Positions 1 to 11,300 of a stretch of 64,000 nucleotides of DNA are shown here, piece by piece. Position numbers and translations under genes: made by a program. The stretch comes from Phyllosticta citribraziliensis (lineage: Eukaryota). A model generated the notes under the pieces. It saw only the letters and a list, made by a program, of their open reading frames with translations, searched no databases and had not been told where the DNA came from. Each line of letters begins with the position of its first letter. Positions within the stretch are counted from its first letter, which is position 1. Location: the NCBI RefSeq assembly GCF_038025025.1, contig NW_027117343.1, positions 372,001 to 436,000 of the forward strand, in the 5' to 3' direction.

Positions 1-315
1 GGCGTCTGCCGCAAACTGTGCGGCATGGAGCTGCCGGCGACGACGGGCGGCGCAGCCGACAACGACCAGCTCATCTCCTGCATGTACTGCCAGGCGGGCT
101 TCAGCCCCAACAATTGGCGTAGCCGCCGTGCGGGACCCGGCGAGGGCCCGGATGAGCCGCTCGATGACCACATGGCTGGCTCGTCGCTTCTTGATGATAG
201 CGCTGCTGTCCGGGCGCCGCCACTGGAGCGCGCTGATGTCGGGAGTACCGCTGGTGAGAACGGGAGCTTTGGCGGGTGGCGAGTTGGGTCGTCGCCGGCG
301 CCTGCAATCTGGTGA
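1..315 (+). CDS. 3' end of a probable BTB/POZ-CxxC paralog (truncated by window edge)
   Basis: Frame 1 reads GVCRKLCGM...LISCMYCQAGFSPNNW, matching the C-terminal RVCPKC...LMQCFYCQARLPVDEW of the adjacent BTB gene, followed by an acidic tail and TGA. The BTB domain itself is not in the window. Confidence 0.6.
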   Translation, partial: GVCRKLCGMELPATTGGAADNDQLISCMYCQAGFSPNNWRSRRAGPGEGPDEPLDDHMAGSSLLDDSAAVRAPPLERADVGSTAGENGSFGGWRVGSSPAPAIW

Positions 316-1022
316 GTGGAGGCTGAAGATCTTGTACATACACTGTATCTGTGCTGAAACTTTCGCGAGCTCGATCAACATTCTGTGATAGGGAACGATA
401 TTGGAGTTCTGGAGAAATCAGTCTCGGGGAAGGTATGCAGTATATAGTCTTTAATTTTGGGATCGTATTTCACGTACGACCATAGCACGTGGAGAACTCG
501 GAACCCCGTCCGCTCTTCCATAGATAAGCCACGTTGTGGCCGATTAGTAGTTGCGTGGGTGACCAGCAGCGAATCCCGGCTGTCGTACGTTTTGTCTTTT
601 TTTGCTTCAACTTGACAGCCAGAAGAAAGCAACACTTTGAACGCTTCTTGTGCGTTGGTAGGAGGGAGACGTTTTGCCTAGTATTGTTCAAGTGACTATT
701 TGAGTTTAGCGTTGGCGCGGTGCGCGTCTTCCCGCCCTTCTTCCCTGCGCGTCGTTTGGCAACGGAGCTCCGCCTCTCTCCATTTTGATTGAATCGAGCT
801 GCGTTCCCACGTGCACTTCCGGCTCTTTACATGCGTGCTCCCATCTTGTTTTCTCAACGTTGCTCTCGCTCTCTCTATCTCCAATTCTGTGGGTTGGCTC
901 GGGAAACGCCGACAGCTCCCGCAGCGAGTTTTCGTCTGCTCGGAAGCTTGCGCGTCCACGCCTGGCGGCTTCTCCCATGCTCTGAACGCGAAGGCGTATG
1001 ATTCCGACAAGTATTCGACACG

Positions 1023-2107
1023 ATGACCGAGATAGTGCCAGGATCATCATTGAAAGGACCCGGTTCGGAATATGACATGGAATGGATTAAGAGAGTCGGT
1101 AAGTCTACCCTTCCAAAAAGCCCAGTCGAGCTCTGCTAACGCCAACCAGACTTCGCGAAGAGCCTTTGTGGTTTCGCAAAGGACGGCTTCCAGGCGAAGC
1201 TATACAGTGATCTCACGATCCGCTGCCAGGACAAGGAGTTCTACGTCCACAAGATGGTGCTTTGCTGCCAGTCGGAGTTCTTCGCCAACGCCTGCAAGCC
1301 GGACTCGCCGTTCGTGGTAAGCAGAACCCACCACCGTTTGCATTTTCTTCCATTTCTGAAAATAAGAGCTAGGAAGCGAGAACGGGCATCATCACTCTCG
1401 ACGAAGACGACCCGTTCATAGTCCAGCTGATGCTGGACTCGTTCTACGCCGACGGGTACGACTTCCAAGACCAGGCAGAGCAGCGCTTCCAGCCTCTGCC
1501 GCAGGTAGAGGCCATGGCGCTCTCTGACGTCTTGCTGTACGCCATGGCCGAGAAGTATCGCGCGCACCACGTCAAAAGCCACGCCGTGAACAATTTTCGC
1601 ATGTGCCTGGATCGCGAGAAATTGCCCCCGATCAAAGAGGACGACCGCAAGCCTCTGAGTGTGGCGAGCATCGTACGCCTCGCTACCAAGATTTTCGAGA
1701 CGACGCCCGATTCGGATCGCCGACTCCGCAACCTCATGTACCTCTACGTCAAAAACAACTTCTCCCGCCTCATGAATCGGTCGCGCTTTGAGGCCGACAT
1801 GGACAAGGTCGAAGGCTTCTGGAGAGGCTACGCGCGCTTCCTTGCCTTTTTCCTGGAGCTGGACCGCGTGTGTCCGAAATGCTCGTTGAAGGTTGGGACG
1901 TCGTTCGAGGGGAGGTTCCAAGATGGCTTCATGCTCATGCAGTGTTTTTACTGCCAGGCACGTCTTCCAGTCGACGAGTGGGAGCAGCCCGTTGACGATG
2001 AGAGCGAGGGGGATGAAGGTAACCCTCGCAAGAGGCGGCGGAGTTTGAGCGATGCAGGTCAACTCCCGCCGTGGACCTCTTCGCCTGAAGATGACACAGA
2101 CCTCTGA
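1023..2107 (+). CDS. BTB/POZ domain protein with C-terminal CxxC...CxxC ribbon (3 exons)
   Basis: Spliced product MTEIV...WIKRV|DFAK...YSDLTIRCQDKEFYVHKMVLCCQSEFFANACKPDSPFV|EARTGIITLDEDDPFIVQLMLDSFY has the typical fungal BTB motifs (SD.TI, HK.VL..S.FF..AC, F.EA.TG.I.L.EDDP). Introns GTAAGT..CTAAC..CAG and GTAAGC..TAG. C-terminal RKRRR resembles an NLS. Confidence 0.88.
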
Positions 2108-3967
2108 GCATGCTCTTGCTGCGCAATCTTCCTCTCCTCAACCGACGGCTACCAAGGACACTGTCAACACGCGCTGACTTGCTTTACCCCTGAAAACCTT
2201 TTCTCTTCGTTCCTCTTCGTCTACCGATCTCCGTCTTCCTCGAACAATCATTCCACTCTGGACCGGACTTTGGCGCCAGCACCTTTGGGCTTGCTCTCTG
2301 CAAGCTCTGGCGCGCATCAACCTCGCCTTCCATCCTCCAAGAGGCGGCACGAGTCGAGCAGCGATGGCGACTGGGGTGTCATGGACCCGAAATAGTCCGG
2401 CTTTTCCTCCATTTCGTTGCGCTTCCCTGCGGATACGCGTATAAAAGCGAGCGACTGTCTAGATTGAGAGCAAGAGTTTGAATCACAGCACAGAGTCCAG
2501 CAAAATCGGCTTTTGGAGGGTTGGCGCATTGGTCAACCAGGACGCACTGGCATATTCAAAGCCGGCGAGGTAGAGACGCTCGCAGAGGGCAAAGTTAGAT
2601 GGACGACCCGCCTAAGTCCAAGTGTTGACGTATCTTCGTTCGAGGCTTGACATCAATCATGTTGTAGATTGGGTGCGTGGTGAGTGGTGGTCGCTGGGTT
2701 TACTGAAGTCGACGCACGGTATCTGCTTTTTGCAGTGGCAGCGAGGAACGGCTGCTTTTCAATCACTCCGCCAGATCCCGCTGCTGGTTTGCTCCTCGAA
2801 TCTCTGCAACCCTCTTCGTCTACCGAAGTTTGTCTGCCTTCAACAACCATACCCGGAGGACCGGACGTTCGCGCCCAGTACTTGTGAGCTTGCTCTCTGA
2901 AAAGCTCCGACGCATCGACTTCGCTTTCCACCTCCCTTTCCACTGACACACGCTTCTCAAACAATCGCATTCTATTCCTTGCGTTTCTCAAGACAAAGAC
3001 CTCTTCACAGTTCGTGTCTCCGCATGACTTCACCGGCCTGACAAACGAAATCAACCGCTGCAACTGCAACTCCGAGAAATGGCCAGGGAGCCACAGCTGC
3101 GAATTCCGACTGTTGTAAAAGCAGCTCCCTGCCGCGCGCCAAAGCGTAGTGCCCGTTAAGGTTTTAGGTTAAGCACGGGTACAGTGCGCGTCTAACCCGC
3201 GGCGGCGCGCCCCACCTCTTCATGTCCTGAGCTGCACGATCACCGGGGCTCAGGCTACGCACCATTGATTTGCCGTTCTGCTCAAATTTTCCTTCGCGTG
3301 TGTCTTCGCTCGTCACGCTTCCTCCTCTCCCAACCCGATCTTTGTTTTGTCCTGTTGCTAAAGCTTGCGCGCCAACACAGCCGCTCTAGTCTTTTGGAAA
3401 GCATCGGCACTGCATCGACTTTGCTCCTCACGTTCCCTGCTTCTTCTTTCCTCTGTCGACGCGTCGACTGTTTCTCTCTCACACATTCTCTTTGCCAAAG
3501 TTGAAAGAGATCACGACCTCGAGCCGCAACTCCGCATCAAATCACAGGCCAAACAAACGGACGTGCCGGAATCGTCCACCAGGACCGCAACTCTGCACGT
3601 TGGCCAGCACACATCATTCCAATCGCGTCGACGGTCCCCCATCTGGGGCCCCAACTCCGCGTGACGTCATTGGTCAAACACACGGAGGTGCCGGAATCGT
3701 CCCCCACGACCGCAACTCTGGACATTGACCGGAGAAACACAGCACTCGACATTCCAACCGCCTTGGCGGTTTCCCATCTCAATTTTTGACTCAGAGAATT
3801 CAGAATTTGTCTCTCTAGAGGTTTGTGTCAGTCTATTCCCCGAAAACATCACGCGCCGGCGCCCACGGTTGTGTCCCCGTACTGGTGAAATAGGCTGATT
3901 GACGCGTTTGCCAGAGGTCGTCTCTGTTGCTACCCCACAGAAATAGGCCAGAGAGCACAATCCAATC

Positions 3968-4818
3968 ATGGATTATGACCAGAAAAAACTCTGTACGTCT
4001 CCCTCTGATGACACGGGCAAAAGCACTGACGCGTTGAAGGCTTGGTAGAAGGTCTGGAAGACTTCGCAAGTGGCAATTTCCAGTCAAAGGACTACACCGA
4101 TCTCACCATCCGCTGCCAAGACAAAGAATTCTACGTCCATAAACTGGTAGTTTGCCTATTTTCCGCCTTCTTCGCCAAAGCTTGCAAACCCGATTCTCCA
4201 TTCAAGGTGAGCCTGGAGATTAATGCGGAGTCGACGGGATCTGCTTACATTGCAGCTTCGCAGGAAGCGAGGACTGGCATCATTGAGCTCCACGAAGACG
4301 ACCCGGCAGATGTGAAACTCTTGCTCGACTCTTTCTATTCCTCCTGGTATGGTGAGCATCAGCACTGGGCCGGGAAAGTCTATCCTGACTTGCCTCTATT
4401 CGAAGCATCGCGACTGTGTGATGCCCGCTTGTACGCGATTGCCGAAAAATACCAAGCCCCTTGCGCAAAGTTGCATGCCGCAGACATCTTCAGAAGGGAA
4501 CTAGATAACAAGCATGGTTACATGACGGTCAGCGCCAGTGGCTTTGTCAAACTCGCAAAGAGGGTGTTCGAGTCGACGCCCGACTCGGACAGAGTCTTCC
4601 GTAACCTCGTCTTCCGCTACGCCAACAGGCATCTCGCGGCTCTCATGTCATGGAGTCACTTCCAAACCGAAATGGAGAAAGTCGACGGCTTCTTCAGTGG
4701 CCTGGCGCGTTTTCAAACCTTTTACGTCCTCAAGACGCGCATGTGCCCGACGTGCGGCAAGCCACAGAAGAACCGGTGGGAGGACAACAAAATCTACCGA
4801 GGAGGCGACATGCATTGA
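3968..4818 (+). CDS. BTB/POZ domain protein, tandem paralog with frameshift-truncated C-terminus
   Basis: YTDLTIRCQDKEFYVHKLVVCLFSAFFAKACKPDSPFK|EARTGIIELHEDDP, with the same intron positions as 1023-2107. The second CxxC (CIEC) lies out of frame just after the TGA at 4816-4818. Confidence 0.85.
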
Positions 4819-7139
4819 ATGCATTGAATGCCTCTACCATATAAACCTTTTTTCCATCACTCTATGACTGTGTACCCACCACAGCGGGGTTGAGTATTTC
4901 CAGATTATCCAGATTGGCCGTCGCAACCTTCGCAATCAAATCTAATCGAGTGTTGGATTATATCGGGGAAGCACAGGAGGATGGCCAGATTGGAAATTGG
5001 CGGACGCGCCGAGATTGTCTTCTATTTGACTTCTACACAGCCAGACTGAATGAAGGTTGACCAGGACGTGGTGCCCCAACTTCTTCGTCGTATCGGGTAA
5101 TACTAGATGCACTTGGCAGGGGAGAGCCCGGGACTGGATTCGCAAACAGGCGCCTTTTTGGAGGAATTCGCATGTTCAAACTCGGAAGTGACCTCGCTGT
5201 CCGATTCGGACGGTCCCATGTGTACCCGAATCTACTCCTCTTGCTGATGGCTATTTGGCAGGCGTGCATTCACTGTTCTCTGTGGATGAGATATTTCTTT
5301 CACCGAGCCGGCTGAATCATTGAGGGGGCTGCTTTTGATATCTTTTTACCAACATTGTATAGACGCTTCTCCAAGGTGCTTCTCAGGGAAACCCGATAAC
5401 CCAAGGATGTCAGCATTAGCAAAGCAGGAATGTTTACCATGGTAGAGATGGTCAGCCTCACATACTACATCGCATCGAGGTCCTCTTCAGACACCTTTAC
5501 ATGTCATTTTGAACCAAAACCCAGACAAATCACCACGTCGTCACAACCCCATACCCCTCCTCTTCCCCCTCACCAAAGCCGCATCCGCCACGTCGCTGGT
5601 CCCTTGAGAGACCGCAATCCAAGCGTCCACAAGCACGGAACATACAAAACGGCCCAGCCATCGGAACGGGACGCGAAAAAGAACAACACCTCCCGACAGC
5701 ACCGCGGAATCTCTCAAAGTGTACCTACCAGCTTCAAGCGAAAACACAGGTCTACACACTCAGTCCACCAACACCCACCAACACAAAAGCCCGACAATCA
5801 CCGCACTCAGAGCCAGCATTGCAGTGGGGTAAGGATACATTATCTCTTCTCAAACTGCAACTAACGATGCGTGTGAACGATCAAAAGACCTCCCTCTACC
5901 ATTCGCCGTTCCCGTCCCCATTCCCGTCCATGCAATCCAATCCACGCGCCTTTTTCTCTCTCTCTGCCGACTTTTGTTCTTTTGTTCTCTCTTTTTCTCA
6001 TCGTTAATCTTGCAACCCATCAGTCTCGCCGGGTGACATGCGCACATGATGATGTACTAGTGATGGAATACTCTATCGCTTTTCCCCTGCTCGCCCCCCC
6101 TGCTGCTCTTTTCCGTGCGTGCCATCCCGTCTTCGGCCTACCACTGCGGTCCCTTGATCTTCTGCGCTCTCGTCTCCGCTCCGACCCTCGCATTCCCAAA
6201 CTCGTTCTTTTTCTAGCGACTGTACTACTCCACCCTTTCCCTCCTCCGTCGATCCGACTGCACCGATCCGGAGCAAACTGAAAGGACACTGTCGCATGCC
6301 ATGCATGAACGCCAAAGACAACAACGACGCACAGATGCAATGAGAGAAAGGAAATGAAAGGAATGAGAAAAAGGAAAACGAAAGAAAGAAACGTGAGAGA
6401 TAAGAGAAGCGAGCAAACGGACAAACGCAGCAGTCCTCCTCTCTCGCGTCTCCCGTCTCGCTGCATTCCGTCGACGTGTGTTTGTGCAAGAGAGCTGGAC
6501 GGAGCGATGCGGAGCCAGCCTGCTTCTCCCGCTTGCCGGAAACAAGGCTCGAGGCCGCGAACAAAGCAGACGAGACTATCTTCCGAGGTGTTTGGGAAGC
6601 CGAAGAGCAAGAAAGAGCGAGAAGAAAGAGAGAGAGGAAGTGGGGGTGGGGTATAAGAGTCTTTCGCAAGCATGCCTGCATGCGACTGACGATACTGATC
6701 TTCTGCGTAATGCCAATGTCTAGTGATGATGGGTTATAGCGATAGCGCTACAGCGCGCGGGAGAGAGATGCGAAGAGAGAAAGAAAGAGAGAGAATGGGG
6801 TATAATGATGGCGCGAAGGAGAGAAAGAGTCCGAAAGGAAGACAGAGGAATGAAGGAGTGGCCTGTAATTACAAACACCAACCAGACCGACGCAAGACAA
6901 ACCGACGTACCTAGTGATGTGGAGTAGTGGGGATAATGATGGTCGGGGTGAGTGTGGAGCGAGAGACGGAACAGACGTCCATGGGGAATGTGACAGTCTA
7001 TACCGCCCATCAAGGCAGGCATGGACGGACGGGGAGGTGTGAAAATGTAGGATAGACAATTATAGACATGACGATGCTTCGTCTGGACTCATTAAGACGG
7101 TCATAAGTGAAAGACATGAAAACGCGAAAAGGAAAACAA

Positions 7140-8385
7140 CTACCGATGTCGCCGCTCGCGTCGCGTCTCGGGTGTGCTGCTACGCCGCGAGCTGCGATGC
7201 AGAGAATGCCGCTCGGAGTGTCTCGTCGTGCCGTGCGAGTACGGCGACGTGACGACGCCGCTGCTGCGAGTGCGCGGGGGACTGGATCGAGCGAGGACTT
7301 CGTAGCGCGAGTGGCCGCGGTCCAGCTCAATCGACGCGACAGACGATGAGCTCTCGTCAGTCGGACTGGGCGTCGACGAGGGCTGCGACGACGAGCTTGC
7401 CGACTGCTGCTGTTGCTGCATCTGGTGCTGCTCCTGGCGCAGTTCCTGCTCGCGCTGCAGCGCCTCCCGGGCGTCTCGACCCGGCTGCCGCCGGCGTGCG
7501 TTGATGAACCAGTTGGAGATTTGGTTCAATCCCAGGCCAGTCTCCCGCGACAGCAGCACCTTCTCCTCCTCCGACGGGTACGGCGAGTCCCCATGGTCAG
7601 CGAACCAGCGCTTGAGGCGGTTTGTGGCCTCCTTTGGGAGGTTCCCCCGTCGCTTCCGTCCAAAGTTTGGGTCGTTTGGACCAACTTCCCCATTCCACGC
7701 GTGTATATATTGCCCGGTCTCGGCGTGGTAAAAGACGTTTGGGTGGTGTGCATATTGTGCTTCAAAGTAGTGTGGTTGGTAGGGATGGTTCGGATAGGCC
7801 CCGATCACATGCGGCACGTGCGGCACCTGGGAGGCATGTGGATGCACGTGTGACTCTCTCACAAAGGGAGGGGGAGGAGGAGGAGGAGGACCCTCGGGAT
7901 TGGAAGGAGCCGCAACTGGCCTGACAGAGTATGGTTCTACAGGAATTCGGGGTTCGTAGTCGCCTCTAGGGATTCGAGGTTCGTACTCGGCTCTCAGAGC
8001 AGTTCGACGGTCGAAGCGCGGCTGGTATGCCGAAGTGTGGTATGGCCCAGGCTGTGTTGTATAGGTCCCATGCTCGTGCCGTGGAGCCCGCCTCTCTAGC
8101 AAATAGTTGTCATGATCCTGCCTGCGGGCATCGGACGAATCGACAGTTTGAAAAAGCTGAGGAGTCAGCATGAAAAGTGGTTGGCCGGGGACAACTCACT
8201 TCGGAGATTGGAGGCAGTTCATGTCGTGGTTCTGAATTTTGTGAGGGGGTGGTCTGCGCAGCAGAAACTGTCAGTTCGGGTGTACAGGTCCTCTGCCAAC
8301 GAGTCGGCATCATCGTCTCCAGAGAGTAGTGCGGAGAAATAACGGGCAACGGGAGGCGACGATGCGGTGGGCCATCCCTTTCCAT
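7140..8385 (-). CDS. TALE-class (KN) homeodomain transcription factor, Cup9/Tos8-like
   Basis: [57 protein letters not shown] contains the PYP loop and the WFIN helix-3 motif. 43-nt intron at 8199-8157 (GTGAGT..CTGAC..CAG). The start codon is uncertain: the frame is open upstream to an ATG at 8778. Confidence 0.9.
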
Positions 8386-11300
8386 GTACACCCGGTCGGC
8401 ACCAAACACTGGTATTCCTTCGACCGTGGGTGTGTTGCCCAACCCTCTGGACGTCTCCTCCTGCCTTTCTCTGTGATTGTTGAGATCGGGCTCGATCTCG
8501 ATTCTCGGCGATTCTCGACGATATGGAGAAAAGCTACTTCTCTTCCTTGGTATCGTACGGTGGCAAAGAGTATTTGGAAAAAGGGATGGGTGATGCAGCA
8601 TTCTGACAGTAGGTATAAAGACAGGCCAGGGCTTACAATGTCTCGTATACTCATATTCTCTCTTCCTTCTCGACGGGATGGTGTTCGGTTGACGAGAGTA
8701 GAATGCGCATGTCTGGGCACGTCTTGGAGAGTGAGATACTCCATGATTTATATTTGTCCTAAAGTGGAATGAGCACATGGGTCATTGTGGTTGAAGGAAG
8801 GAACGAACTTGGTCCACGGTCAGTCGTGCGGAGTTGTTGAATTAGAACGGTAGTTGAAATCCACAATCAGTCGAGTTGATGTGTGTGTTGAGTTGGACTG
8901 GCTTGTGTTGTTTTTGGGTCTGGTAAATCTTGGACCATGGGTCAGAGTATGGGACGGACAAAATGAGAAATGTGGACGAATGATGGGTGGGCAGCGTCAA
9001 GATAAATCGAGGGAGGAGAGTAGTGGGACAAATGATGGGACAAATGACAGTGACAGGTAGAGTCGGCAGACACTAGATCAATATCTCTCGAGGCAGACTC
9101 AGGCTCGTGGATGGGCGGGCGGGCGAGCCCTGAAGGCCACGGGGATGGTCCTAGTGGAAGGAACCGAACGGGGACGAGTCCAACGTACCAGATTCAACGG
9201 CGTCAAGTTTGATCGACGGGTGACGAATTCGGGATGCTCTCACGGACGGGAATGACGACGAGGAGTGAACGAACTACGTCTCAGAGTTTCCGGACCAGGC
9301 GACTTTTGAAGCTGGCAAGCGAGGCGGAGGCCCGACGGGACAGATCCAGCCACGGGTCTATATGACGAGGTGATAATTATATGCCCGTAGACACACGGCA
9401 GCAGCGTGTAGCCATTGCGACTGGGGTGTGGGAGGGAGACGTGGGAGCTGCGCGTAGCCGCGGTGTCTGCAAGCTGGAGGAGTAAGATTATGTAGGTCAG
9501 GTAGAGGATGCGCTCGAGGACCTCTGCGTGCCCAGAGCCCAGGTGTCTCCGTGCCTCGCACATCCCCGCCTCGAGACTGCAACGGCCCGCGCAGTAGTTG
9601 GACCTGGAGTGGTATCATGGATGGGCTGGCTGGCTGGCTGGCTCTGGGCTGCGCCCTGGCTCCAACAGTCACATTCAATTCTCCGACGCCGACTTCAGGA
9701 ACGCGCTTGCCCCGTGGCCTCTAGCGCCCACCTCAACACCACACGCTATTCCAACGGCGCCATCGACGCCGGCCGCTGTGGTGTGCGCCGCCCGTTCGAA
9801 GAGGAACCGCTAGTCAAAAGCGACCGGATCGCCCGTCAGCCTTGCCCGTGGCCGCATAACTGCGCTGTACGCTCGATGCTGCCATGTAGCCGCTCCAGAC
9901 CCCTGGCGGCATTGGGGCAAACGACGAAAAAAGAGACCAGAAAAAGAAAAGAAGCCCTAGGAGCGCACAGGTACAGACACGAGCACCTGGTACAGGAATA
10001 CCCTGCGGAGGGGTAGTGTGGGTTGAACCGTGCGGGCAGGAGCATCAAGCAGAGGCGATGAACAGGCCAAACTGGCGTGCCGCTGAAACAGGCGTCGTCA
10101 TTTGACGAGCGGACGGTAGAGTCTTGAGGCTTTGATCAGCCTGCCACCGGTCGCACAAGGGGAGCGACGAACCAGCAAGACGTAGCGAGTGCCTGAGGGG
10201 AGAATTTCTTTTGGACGTCAGTGTCAAAGTGCCTGAGAGGACGACGTGACGGGACAAGAGACGGCAGCAGTCATGCGGCAGATGGACGAGGGAGCGTGTG
10301 GTAGTGGCACCCCTGCGCTCATGCGTTGCTGCAGCTGTGGACGGGTTTGGTGAGGACTAAGCGCGGGCGAAGGATGGCTGTGGTGAGAAGTCGTCGGAGT
10401 GGCGGCACGTGTATGACAGAGAGTCGTAGGCAATGACAGGTGTTGACGTTGCCGGACGGTTGACGTTGACGATGCGATGGGCGCAGGGATTGATGTGGTG
10501 GAGGCGGCGGAGGTGGTGGACGAGGTGTGGTGTGGTGGTGATGGAGCGAGATTGCCGGGGACGGCGAGATGCCTGAGGTGGCAACTCAACACCACGATCC
10601 TTTTGCCTCTCTTCCGACGACACGCACTCGTCGACAACACGACACAACCCTCGCCCAACCCTCGACTCGACTCGACTCGACCCTCACGTGTCCCCCCTCT
10701 GCATGCTCCCGCTCCGACGACAAAAACCCAGCGCATGCACGCCACCGTCCTCACGGATCCCCATCACCTGATTCCCACCATCGCACAGTGCGCAGCGGAA
10801 GAGCCCGCATAACCCGTCGCTGGGGTTGCTGGTCCTAAACAACCACCGCCCACTCGTCAAGCTTCCGGGTTTCAATTGACGCCATGCAAGACGTCGGCCA
10901 ATATGCACGCCTTTCCGGCTCCCACGTCCAACCACACGTTGCATGCGTCGGCCCTCGTTGACATTGCATGCTCGGACGTGACACTTCTTCAGTCAGGTCC
11001 TGCTGAGACGGCCCCAATCGATCCAGGACCCCAATCGCCGGGCCGGCAGCACAGATGCTACACGATCGCTCTGCAAAGGGTTACATGCCGTGACGCAGCC
11101 GACGCGGGTTCCAAACGCCAGGTCGACCAAGTCCTAGCCGCAACCTGGCCCCGTCGCCCCGACATGGCACAAAACAATCTACCAGGCCGCATCTATACAG
11201 CCTATACGACAGCCATGCGCGTCATTCGAAACTCGCTCCCCGTCCTGACGGCGGGAAGCCTGCCGACTCGCAAAACATTCTTTCCCCATTCCTTCCATTC

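Noticed and set aside
2138..3500. Minus-strand ORFs between the BTB paralogs
   Set aside because: No recognisable motifs or consistent splice structure.
5982..7059. ORFs of 100-217 aa downstream of the homeobox gene
   Set aside because: Low-complexity purine/pyrimidine tracts typical of a long 3' UTR.
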